Shown here: piece after piece, positions 49,106 to 57,619 of the stretch
Position numbering within the stretch: the stretch's first letter is position 1
How the letters are laid out: each line of letters begins with the position of its first letter
NCBI GenBank assembly: GCA_019058315.1
Contig: JAHPZH010000002.1
Span: forward strand, 800,001-864,000
Length of the DNA stretch: 64,000 nt
DNA from: Candidatus Helarchaeota archaeon
GTDB lineage: Archaea > Asgardarchaeota > Lokiarchaeia > Helarchaeales > RDOG01
Reading direction: 5' to 3'
Translations under genes and position numbers: made by a program
The notes under the pieces: generated by a model
The model's input: only the letters and a program-made list of their open reading frames with translations
Told to the model about the DNA's origin: nothing
Database searches by the model: none

Positions 49106-50323
49106 TTAGATTTCCTTATTAAATCCATATAATAATCTATTTTTCCCCATATCTTTCTCTCTATTTTTTAACTTCTGTTCATTTTGCTTTTTCCATTGCT
49201 CAATCTCGTTCCAATTTATCTTTTTTACTTCGTTAGGCAAGATTTTTTTTAATCTCTCGATGATAGATTGAATATAATCAATTGAGAATTTATGATTTCC
49301 TTTAAAAGAATCAACTAATTCCTTATAATATCTCGAATAGCCATTAATTATGAAAGAATGTATTAATTTTTTAATTATTTTTTCTAAAAAACCTTCCTTA
49401 CTGAAAATGAGCTTTTGGATTCCAAATTCTCGAATACCAATTGCAGAAATTTGACTATTGATTTGATTAAGAAGATTATTATCTATTAAATGTGACTCCG
49501 AGCACATTATGGCACAACGATTACATAAATAGCATTCTCCTTTATTAGAATCACGAAAAGCTTCCTGTGTAGGACATATTTTTTCACATAATCCACAACT
49601 GATACAGTTAGATGTTCTTCTGAATTTAATCAAGCTAAATTTGCTAACCTCACATGCTAATGCGCCAAATGGACAAAAATATCGACAAAATGGACGATAT
49701 ACAAAAAAACTAGTGATGAAAATACCAATCATAAATATCCCAGCAAATATAAGCATTATATTTGTCGTGTAATTAAAAAATTGAAACCCATTAAATGGAT
49801 TTAGAAATACAGTAGCCTGAAAACCCCAAATGATTGTAAGCATCAAATAAAGAATAAAAAATCCCCAACGAATATAATTTTTTCTCTTTTTTCCTTTGCG
49901 ATAATTCTCGAAATTCGTCTTAAAGCGAACCATAGAAGCTAATTCTTGCAAAATACCCATTGGACATATAAATCCACAAAATATTCTACTGAAGACTAAA
50001 GTAAGGCCGAGAAATATCAAAAACATCATTAGAGGCAATAAAGGGTTCTGATTAGAGATAAGTGAGGAAAAGAATAACTGCATTGCTTGAAATACATTCG
50101 GAACTCCACCAAATAAAATTCCATTATAAAGAAGAACTGAAATTAGCAAAATAACTTTAATTCTATTAGTTAAACGGTTTTTTCGAATTAAAAATGCAGT
50201 AAATACCCCGATCGAGATTAAAATGACAAATGTTAAAACCATAAAAATTCTTTCTGCAACATATGGAAAACCTATCTGTAAATTTTGACCAGTTATCTCT
50301 GATAAAAGTGTTCTTAAATCCAT
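49106..50323 (-). CDS. Membrane 4Fe-4S protein (NapH/MauN/YccM-like)
   Basis: RIFCGFICPMG, RPFCRYFCPFG, CISCGLCEKICP and CYLCNRCAIMC. Confidence 0.88.
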   Translation of the reverse strand: MDLRTLLSEITGQNLQIGFPYVAERIFMVLTFVILISIGVFTAFLIRKNRLTNRIKVILLISVLLYNGILFGGVPNVFQAMQLFFSSLISNQNPLLPLMMFLIFLGLTLVFSRIFCGFICPMGILQELASMVRFKTNFENYRKGKKRKNYIRWGFFILYLMLTIIWGFQATVFLNPFNGFQFFNYTTNIMLIFAGIFMIGIFITSFFVYRPFCRYFCPFGALACEVSKFSLIKFRRTSNCISCGLCEKICPTQEAFRDSNKGECYLCNRCAIMCSESHLIDNNLLNQINSQISAIGIREFGIQKLIFSKEGFLEKIIKKLIHSFIINGYSRYYKELVDSFKGNHKFSIDYIQSIIERLKKILPNEVKKINWNEIEQWKKQNEQKLKNREKDMGKNRLLYGFNKEI

Positions 50324-50633
50324 ATTTTATCATGCAATTTATTTCTTCTACGCTCTAACTAATAACACTTTAATCTTAAGAAAAAACATTTATAAGTATT
50401 TTATAATTAGGTCCCCAATCACATGATCAGTCAAATTGAAAAGATTAAAAGCAATAATGACCAAGAAGACATCCTATCGATATAATATATTTTATAACTT
50501 ATCCTAATTTCTAATTTATTTAAATAAGAGAGATTTACTAAACATTCACAACCTAAAAATATATATAAAATTAAGAAGTATTTTTGGTAAGAAATTAAAA
50601 TAATAAATTTTTAATTGAGGCTGGTTAAATAAA

Positions 50634-51044
50634 ATGAGTAAAAAAATGAAAAAATACTCCGAAATTTTCAACAAAATCATTAATAAAATAGCTTTACTTA
50701 AGGATAAGTATCCTCATTTTTCAGAAATTGAACCGATCAAAGATAAAATATCCAAAAGTTCAGATCCATTCGAGATTAGTTTTCTATATTCACACAATAT
50801 GGATAACGTCAATAATCCAAGGTGGAAACAAGGATTGAAGATCCCTAAAAAGATATTAGCCCCGACTTCAGATGATGGCATCTATATTTGGATTCGGTTC
50901 ATGGAAAAAGAAAATTATATGGGTCAGCGGGTATTGCCACCAAATTATATCGGAGATGTACAAGTCACTGTAGATATATTAGGTGGTAATCCTGAAATAA
51001 AGAAAAAAATTAAGAGTATAATTAAAAGTGAGAATCTAACTTGA
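50634..51044 (+). CDS. Hypothetical protein
   Basis: 136-aa ORF with a GAGG SD. Confidence 0.65.
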   Translation: MSKKMKKYSEIFNKIINKIALLKDKYPHFSEIEPIKDKISKSSDPFEISFLYSHNMDNVNNPRWKQGLKIPKKILAPTSDDGIYIWIRFMEKENYMGQRVLPPNYIGDVQVTVDILGGNPEIKKKIKSIIKSENLT

Positions 51045-51063
51045 AAAATAGGGTGACTATAAA

Positions 51064-51804
51064 ATGCGTCGAATTCAAATTTCTAAAAGGCTTTTTTTTG
51101 AATACTTCATTAAAGGCGAATTTAAAGAGTTTAATGTAACTGTTCCATTATATAATAAATATTTTAGCGAGCTGGATAGAATAGATCTAAAAGGGGATAT
51201 GATTGAGGATAAATTTGGTAATGTGTCAATAAAATTCGATATGAAAACACCTAAAAGAACGTTTATAAAATATTTTTGTGATGTTCAAACTAAAAAACTC
51301 CCAGATTCAGTATTCGTTCCTGCTAAAGAGATAGTTGATGTATTTGAAGCACCAGAGCATCTAAAAATCGACAATATTTCCCAGAAAGCTTTAAAATCTG
51401 TAAAAGAAATTGGTGAGTTGAAATCCTATCTTCGAGACAATTTTAAATTTGAGAAGTGCGAATATGCCGCTAAATCAGTTGCGCTATTTGCTGAAAAAAA
51501 AGGAATAAAAGTAGCAGCAGCGAGCGGATTCCTCGATAATCATAAGGATGCTAAGGAAATTGCCTCCATAAAAGATCACAATAAAAAATTCAACTTTCAA
51601 AATCATCTTAAACACTATTGGGCTCTTTTAAAAACTCCCAAAGGTATCGAAGTCTGCGATCCGAAGGTTTTTGCTGAAGATGAACATAGATTTGTGGACC
51701 AATTGAATACAAATAACCCTATGACAGTGAATTGGGAAATTGAAGGAGAAAAAGAAACTGCAGAGATTAATTCCCATATATATACCGTAGTTATTTGGCG
51801 GTAA
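51064..51804 (+). CDS. Transglutaminase-like (papain-fold) protein
   Basis: KCEYAA...GIKVAAASGF...HYWA...VCDP give the C-H-D order. Confidence 0.55.
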   Translation: MRRIQISKRLFFEYFIKGEFKEFNVTVPLYNKYFSELDRIDLKGDMIEDKFGNVSIKFDMKTPKRTFIKYFCDVQTKKLPDSVFVPAKEIVDVFEAPEHLKIDNISQKALKSVKEIGELKSYLRDNFKFEKCEYAAKSVALFAEKKGIKVAAASGFLDNHKDAKEIASIKDHNKKFNFQNHLKHYWALLKTPKGIEVCDPKVFAEDEHRFVDQLNTNNPMTVNWEIEGEKETAEINSHIYTVVIWR

Positions 51805-51952
51805 TGAATAATATCAATAAATAATATGCTAAGTTAATAAAAATGGTACATTAAAATAAAAAATTTAAATTTCTTTTTACTTTTTAATCAAAAATTAGGA
51901 TATAAGACTTCTTTTATTGAACAGATTTAAAAAATATAATAATCTAGATTAC

Positions 51953-51973
51953 TAATGTATCATTGATACATTA
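51953..51973. promoter_or_regulatory. Perfect 21-bp palindrome TAATGTATCA-T-TGATACATTA (operator site A)
   Basis: 10-bp perfect arms upstream of 52061; related copies at 52687 and 56120. Confidence 0.65.
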
Positions 51974-52060
51974 TTATAGGATGCTTTTTAATTGTTAAAT
52001 TAAGGAATTATTCAAATATAAAAAGTAGTTTTTTTTTAGATCTTCGTCTGGCGGGAATAA

Positions 52061-52603
52061 ATGAAAGAATATGATGATTTAATTAAAAAAATTAAAGATT
52101 TAACAAAAATAGGCTCGAAAAAATCTTCAAAAGCAGAAATATCTCCAAAGGAAGTAAAACTTGAAAATCTGTTAAAGAATTTTGAAGATAAGCATTTCAT
52201 ACCTATTTCAATGATCTTTACAGAAGAAGGATTAGTCGTATCAACAGGAATAGAACCGGAAAACAAATGGCTAAATGTGGATATTGTCGGAGCATTTGGT
52301 GCGGAATTTTTAAGAATAATTAATACCTTTATAGAAGAAGTTTTAGCAAAACCACACACTGATCCAGATAGTAGAATATCAGAATATGTCGGAGATTCAA
52401 AAAGAATAACAAAAATTAAAACTAATTTTATTGAAACTGAAGTGGAAGGACAACCTATCGGAATTCTTTTCTGCCCTATCGAATCAATAGGTTTCTATTT
52501 AGCTATTATTATAAACCCTGCTCTTAAAAATATCGAGCTTCTTCAAAAAATTAAAGATGATCTGCCAAAATTGATAGATGATATTAAAAATGTGTTTGAA
52601 TAA
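52061..52603 (+). CDS. Roadblock/LC7-like (profilin-fold) protein
   Basis: Helix, then ISMIFTEEGLVVST, helix VGAFGAEFLRII, beta strands and a C-terminal helix. Confidence 0.55.
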   Translation: MKEYDDLIKKIKDLTKIGSKKSSKAEISPKEVKLENLLKNFEDKHFIPISMIFTEEGLVVSTGIEPENKWLNVDIVGAFGAEFLRIINTFIEEVLAKPHTDPDSRISEYVGDSKRITKIKTNFIETEVEGQPIGILFCPIESIGFYLAIIINPALKNIELLQKIKDDLPKLIDDIKNVFE

Positions 52604-52686
52604 TTAATTTCTCCATTTAATTTCCCTAAAAAAAATCTCCAACTCGCTCATTAATAAAAAATCACCTATAAATTCCACACATATTT

Positions 52687-52699
52687 ATATCACTGATCC
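52687..52699. promoter_or_regulatory. Degenerate operator site B (ATATCACTGATCC) upstream of trmB
   Basis: Matches GTATCAnTGATAC at 10 of 12 non-central positions and overlaps a TTTATAT box. Confidence 0.4.
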
Positions 52700-52812
52700 T
52701 TATTTTTCATTAAGTATTTAAAAAAGATAATATCAAAGGAGATATTCTCAAGGTTTAAGGCAGAGTGGGATGGTATTGTTTATAAACTCTTGAAATAAGA
52801 GGAATTGGGAAA

Positions 52813-53610
52813 TTGAAAGAAATTGTAGATAAATTGCATCAATTGGGGTTTAAAAAAAACGATGCAAAAGTATATTTTACATTATTACAACTAGGGGCAT
52901 CTAATCCTTCAGAAATCTCAAAAAAAACAAACATTGTACGAGCTCGAGTATATGATTCTTTAAAAAGACTTGAAAAAAAGGGATTCGTTGAAAGAGAAGC
53001 AGTGTCTCGAGCACCTGAATATTCAGCAGTTAATCCAGATCTAGTTTTTTCGAACATAAAGGGAGAGTTGACTAATAAATTAAACATATCAGAACAATTA
53101 TTAGAGTCCATAAAGGAAAAAGTTAAAATTAAACCAGAAAAGGGGACATGGGCAATTAAAGGAATACCCAAAATCAAATCTAAAATTGAAAATATTATTT
53201 CAAACACAAATAAAAGATTATTGGCTCTTATTACGCCTGATTACACTAAAACTTCTGAAAAATGGATTTATGATTTGCTTTTATTAAAAGCTAAATCTAA
53301 AATCGAAATTAATATTGGGATGAAAATAAAAAAAGATAACTTGCCAGATGTTAAAAAATTAATAGCTAAAAAGATAAAAGTTTATAATTGGCATTTTACT
53401 GAGGAAATTCCAATAGGTCTGTATACCTCTGATTCTGAAAATACTCTACTTACGGTTATTGGTAGCTGGAAGAAAATATATGAGCATAATATCGGATTTC
53501 TAATCCAAGGATCTCCTGCTCAACATAAAGGTTTTGAATTCCTTATAGATTGGTTTTTTGCTTCTTGTCAAAACGGTGAGGAAAGGGTAAATGAACTAGA
53601 AGGTGAATGA
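52813..53610 (+). CDS. TrmB-family transcriptional regulator
   Basis: LGFxxxxAKVYxxLL, EIS, RARVYDSLKRLEKKGFV and YSAVNP wHTH, followed by an effector domain. Confidence 0.92.
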   Translation: MKEIVDKLHQLGFKKNDAKVYFTLLQLGASNPSEISKKTNIVRARVYDSLKRLEKKGFVEREAVSRAPEYSAVNPDLVFSNIKGELTNKLNISEQLLESIKEKVKIKPEKGTWAIKGIPKIKSKIENIISNTNKRLLALITPDYTKTSEKWIYDLLLLKAKSKIEINIGMKIKKDNLPDVKKLIAKKIKVYNWHFTEEIPIGLYTSDSENTLLTVIGSWKKIYEHNIGFLIQGSPAQHKGFEFLIDWFFASCQNGEERVNELEGE

Positions 53611-54130
53611 AATTTCTGAAATAGCTATTAAAATTGTTGTTGTTGGTGATGAGGAAGTAGGAAAAACTTCAATAATCCTTAAATATGTTAAAAATCGCTT
53701 TACTGATGATTATAAACCTACTCTAGGCGCAGATTTTGCAGTAAAAGAACTGCGACTAAATGGAAAAATCGTAAAATTATATCTATGGGATATTGGAGGA
53801 AAAGATCAATTTAAAAATCTGCATAAATATTACTATGAAGGTGCAAATTTATTCATTTTAGTTTTCGACCTAACAAAATTAGAAACCTTTGAGAATGCAA
53901 TTAATGTTTGGATAGAAGACATAAGAAAAAATTACGATACTATACCAATTGTTTTAGTCGGTAATAAATTCGATTTGGAAAATGAAAGGCGTGTATCATT
54001 TGAACAAATCAAAGATTTAACCTTTGATTTTATTCCTCTTTCTCTCGAAACTTCCGCAAAAACAGGTCTTAATATTGAAGATTTGTTTAACAAAATTATT
54101 GAATTTTTAAAGACCATAGAAATTGAATAA
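53603..54130 (+). CDS. Rab-like small GTPase
   Basis: KIVVVGDEEVGKTS, YKPTLGADF, LWDIGGK, YYEGA, VGNKFDL and ETSAKTG. Overlaps trmB by 8 nt. Confidence 0.95.
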   Translation: MNEISEIAIKIVVVGDEEVGKTSIILKYVKNRFTDDYKPTLGADFAVKELRLNGKIVKLYLWDIGGKDQFKNLHKYYYEGANLFILVFDLTKLETFENAINVWIEDIRKNYDTIPIVLVGNKFDLENERRVSFEQIKDLTFDFIPLSLETSAKTGLNIEDLFNKIIEFLKTIEIE

Positions 54131-54137
54131 AATAATT

Positions 54138-54236
54138 AAAAAATTTGAACAAATAAAGAATTTGATCAATAAGATACTTGAATAAATAAAAAATCTGATC
54201 AAATAAAAAACGTGATCAGAAAGAAATAGATAAAAT
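54138..54236. repeat. Degenerate 16-17-bp tandem repeat array (~5-6 units, consensus AAAAAATTTGATCAAAT)
   Basis: Core TGA with G at 54147, 54164, 54180, 54197 and 54214. Confidence 0.7.
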
Positions 54237-54261
54237 TATTCTAACCTGGAACGTAATTAAT

Positions 54262-55302
54262 TTGATTAAGGGAATAATAATTACATCAAGTTCTGGTGTA
54301 TGCCTATTCTATAAAAGTTATGGCTGTGCCTTTGATAGTGAGATTCTTACCAATTTTTTGGTAGCAAATGATATATTCAGTGCTCAAATGATAGGAGAAT
54401 CGATGTATAGAATTGAAATGAAGGAAAAAACCCAATTCGTTTTTGAAAAAGATACCCAAACTAAATTAATTTTCGTAATAATTGCGGATTTAGAAGACCA
54501 ATTACATAATCTCCAATTAAAATTGAAACATATAAAGTACGCAATTCTTTCAAATTTTCCAGAAATACATTACAGCGAATCTGATGCTCTACCTAAATAT
54601 CATAAAATTCCCAATAAATTGAGAGTTGAAAAATTAATAGATCCAATAATTTTACCCCATTTTCCTTCTGGAAATTTAATAAATCTCATTAATTACTTTG
54701 GAATAAAAAATTCTGCATACATTTTTTCAAGCCTTCTTGCTAAGCAGAATATTCTAATTTTTGATGGAAATCAACAATTAATAGAAGAATTAATTATGAC
54801 TTTCCCTTTGTTAATTCCATTTCGTGAATTATTTATAATACAAAAAATTATCTCCGTAGATAAAATCGGACTTTTAGTTCCCTGGATTGAAAATTTCAAT
54901 CTTTCTCAGGCTCCAAATTGCTGGTGGATAATAGGATCAAATAAAAATGATTTTAAAAAAACTGAGAAAAGTTCTATTACTTTTATAGATGTTGAAAACA
55001 AAAGAATTATAAATGGGATAACCCCATCATTCTACGAACATAACTTAATTAAATCATTAAAAAATATTAAAGATCCTCAAATAGCACAATTAACATGGGC
55101 AAATAAAATGCATGATCTTATAAATACCGTTAAGAAATTATTAAATTTCAATCCAATCAATAAAGAAGTCCTGAAATTACATGATCTTCAACCTTACTTT
55201 CTCCCCCTCGTTGAAAAAATTGTTCAGAACGATTTTTCGGTGAATTTAGAAATTGAAAAACACTACTTTACTTCCATACTAAATAAAATGTTTGGAGATT
55301 AA
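54262..55302 (+). CDS. Longin + DENN-like domain protein (candidate Rab GEF)
   Basis: N-terminal longin pattern (IIITSSSGVCLF...FVFEKD...LIFVIIAD...LKHIK), then cDENN-like FGIKNxxxIFSSLLAKQNILIF...LLIPF...AP...IIG...FIDVE and a helical tail. Confidence 0.65.
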   Translation: MIKGIIITSSSGVCLFYKSYGCAFDSEILTNFLVANDIFSAQMIGESMYRIEMKEKTQFVFEKDTQTKLIFVIIADLEDQLHNLQLKLKHIKYAILSNFPEIHYSESDALPKYHKIPNKLRVEKLIDPIILPHFPSGNLINLINYFGIKNSAYIFSSLLAKQNILIFDGNQQLIEELIMTFPLLIPFRELFIIQKIISVDKIGLLVPWIENFNLSQAPNCWWIIGSNKNDFKKTEKSSITFIDVENKRIINGITPSFYEHNLIKSLKNIKDPQIAQLTWANKMHDLINTVKKLLNFNPINKEVLKLHDLQPYFLPLVEKIVQNDFSVNLEIEKHYFTSILNKMFGD

Positions 55303-55305
55303 TTC

Positions 55306-55977
55306 TTGGTTGATGCAACAATATTTTTAATTATTACTTCTGTATTTTCTTGTGCAATTTCTGGTGCTATAGCCGTTTTAATAATATTAAAGCGAGATCT
55401 CCGCCTTGAAACTGTTTTCTTTTCGCTTTTTTTGCTTGGGTCAGCTATTTATGTGTTCTTATATCTATTCTTGTTTGATGAGACATTAAAATACCTGCAT
55501 TACCCTCTCCAAACGATATTCATTAGTCTTGCAACATTTGGATTCTTTATGTTTGCATTTAGTATGGATAATGAGGGAGAAAACATTAAAAAAATGGCAA
55601 TTCCTTTAGCTATAATTTTATCAATTCTACCAGTGCTAAATTTTATCCTTACACCTTATACTTTTATTTTCGTTCCTTACGGTACTGAATTGAATGTAGA
55701 ACCTTGGTTCCTAACTTCAGTTGCCTTAGTTACTATAATATTTCTCAGCTATGCAATGTTCATAATCCTGAAACTAAGCTTTAAATCTCCTTCCCTAGAA
55801 GTCCGGAAAAAAATAAAAATTATCCTTTTTTGCCTTGTATTAATGGTAGTTTTTGGAACCACCTTTTTAGCTATCATCCCCGTTATTACTCAAATACATC
55901 AAATAAAACCTATAGGTTATTTCATCATTTCAGCATCAATGATCCTTATGACTTATGCATTCAGAAAAAGTGAATAA
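55306..55977 (+). CDS. Stand-alone 7-TM receptor-like protein (HisKA_7TM-like, no output domain)
   Basis: Seven hydrophobic segments, a beta-hairpin-like loop between TM4 and TM5, and basic VRKKIK before TM6. 3-bp gap after the DENN gene. Confidence 0.65.
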   Translation: MVDATIFLIITSVFSCAISGAIAVLIILKRDLRLETVFFSLFLLGSAIYVFLYLFLFDETLKYLHYPLQTIFISLATFGFFMFAFSMDNEGENIKKMAIPLAIILSILPVLNFILTPYTFIFVPYGTELNVEPWFLTSVALVTIIFLSYAMFIILKLSFKSPSLEVRKKIKIILFCLVLMVVFGTTFLAIIPVITQIHQIKPIGYFIISASMILMTYAFRKSE

Positions 55978-56119
55978 AGAAAATAGCCAATATAATAGTT
56001 TAGAATTCATTTTTAATTTAATTTTTGTAATTAATTTAACCTACTGACCTATTTTTAGTTTTAAATTTATTAATTTCTTCTTTTAATTTTTTATTTTTTT
56101 AAAAAATCAATTATAAATA

Positions 56120-56139
56120 TAATGTTCCATTGATACATA
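56120..56139. promoter_or_regulatory. Operator site C (TAATGTTCCATTGATACATA) immediately downstream of a TTATAAATA box
   Basis: 17 of 20 positions identical to site A. Confidence 0.55.
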
Positions 56140-56238
56140 TTCATAAATTTGAATTATTGTTAACATATTCTAATTATTTTTTTGTTAAATACAAAATCTT
56201 TCCTTATCCATATAAAAATAAAAAGGAGGATAAAAAAT

Positions 56239-57591
56239 TTGAAAAAAATAAAAATTATTTGGATGTCTCCAGAAATTGAAGATGAATATTCAAGTGGTGC
56301 AGCTAATCATAATAGATTATTTGTGGAATACTTTAATAAACACCCAGATGTGGAAGAAGTAGCAGTGGTCAGATGGCCTGTTCCAGTAGCTGGAAAATTT
56401 TTGCCTCAAATACAAAATTTTAATGGAATTAAATTATATACACCGCAAATTCACCTAAAATTAGATGAGGCACTTAAATCTTTCAAAAGGGAATCATATA
56501 AATTTTCAGAAAAAATAAAATTTGCATTTCTGCGATTGATCCTGAAATTAAAAGGAATGTCTACGTTTGATCCATCAACAATTAAAAAAGCTGGAGCTGT
56601 AGCCACATTTGCTGTTATGCTATTAACTTTCCAAAAACCATTCCCAAATCCCCTTCTGAAACAAATAGCTAAATGTATCGAACATTCTAAACCCGATATT
56701 ATCCAAAATCAAATGGAATTTATGGGGATATCGGGCTCATTGATCCGAGATAAAGTAAAAGGACACCTTATAACTCTCTACGAAATGGAAGGTGGACAAA
56801 GAGAAGTAGAAGAAGGAACTTTGGTTGGAGAAATTGCAAAAAGAAATAGTGAAGCTCTACAATGGGTTATAGAAAATGATAAAGTCGATAAATATATTCC
56901 AGTTTCGGAATCTGTAGAAAAAAATCTGATTAAAAATGGAGTGCCTAAAAATAAGATTCAAACAATATATTCGCCTATAAGAATAGATAAGTTCCCTGTG
57001 GTGGATAGAGAAACAGCAAGGAGAAAATTGGGTCTCCCTAAAAACAAAAAAATCATTGTTTCGGTTGGACGAATGACAGGGGGGAAGAGATTCGAAGATC
57101 TGGTTGAAATGCTAAGGAGATTCCCCGATGATGTAATTCTATATATCAAACAAAGTCGATGTATTTCTGATGATATCCTTGATACTTCTAAAGGGCTAAT
57201 ATCACTGATAAAGAAATATAAATTAAATGATAGGGTAATTATTAACGACACACCACTACCATATGAGCAAATGGCATATGTATATCAAGCTGCGGATGTT
57301 GGGGTATACCCATTTCTAGATGAACCGTTTGGGATGTGCGTCGCTGAAATTATGGCGTGTGCTAGACCAGTAATTGTTTATGATAGCGGATATCTTCCAA
57401 ATTTTATAAATAAAAATGGCTTCGTTGTTAAACCCTTAGATATTGAGGATCTATATCAAAAAACTAAATATCTGCTAGAAGATGGAATAGTAGTAAAGGA
57501 AATGGGCGAAAAAGGTAGAGAATTAGCTCAAAAATACGATATTAATATACTTGGAGAAAAATTACTTGATTTATATAAAGAATTTATGTAA
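56239..57591 (+). CDS. Glycosyltransferase family 4 (GT-B); start moved to TTG 56239
   Basis: PVSE, SVGRM...KR, YQAADV and EPFGMCVAE (Ex7E). AGGAGG precedes 56239. Confidence 0.9.
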   Translation: MKKIKIIWMSPEIEDEYSSGAANHNRLFVEYFNKHPDVEEVAVVRWPVPVAGKFLPQIQNFNGIKLYTPQIHLKLDEALKSFKRESYKFSEKIKFAFLRLILKLKGMSTFDPSTIKKAGAVATFAVMLLTFQKPFPNPLLKQIAKCIEHSKPDIIQNQMEFMGISGSLIRDKVKGHLITLYEMEGGQREVEEGTLVGEIAKRNSEALQWVIENDKVDKYIPVSESVEKNLIKNGVPKNKIQTIYSPIRIDKFPVVDRETARRKLGLPKNKKIIVSVGRMTGGKRFEDLVEMLRRFPDDVILYIKQSRCISDDILDTSKGLISLIKKYKLNDRVIINDTPLPYEQMAYVYQAADVGVYPFLDEPFGMCVAEIMACARPVIVYDSGYLPNFINKNGFVVKPLDIEDLYQKTKYLLEDGIVVKEMGEKGRELAQKYDINILGEKLLDLYKEFM

Positions 57592-57619
57592 AATCAATGG
57601 TTAATTTCGGAGAGATTAT

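Noticed and set aside
50423-50485. 20-codon ORF MISQIEKIKSNNDQEDILSI
   Set aside because: Too short, with no SD or motif support.
54138-54236. CRISPR array
   Set aside because: The units are 16-17 bp, degenerate and contiguous, with no spacers and no cas genes.
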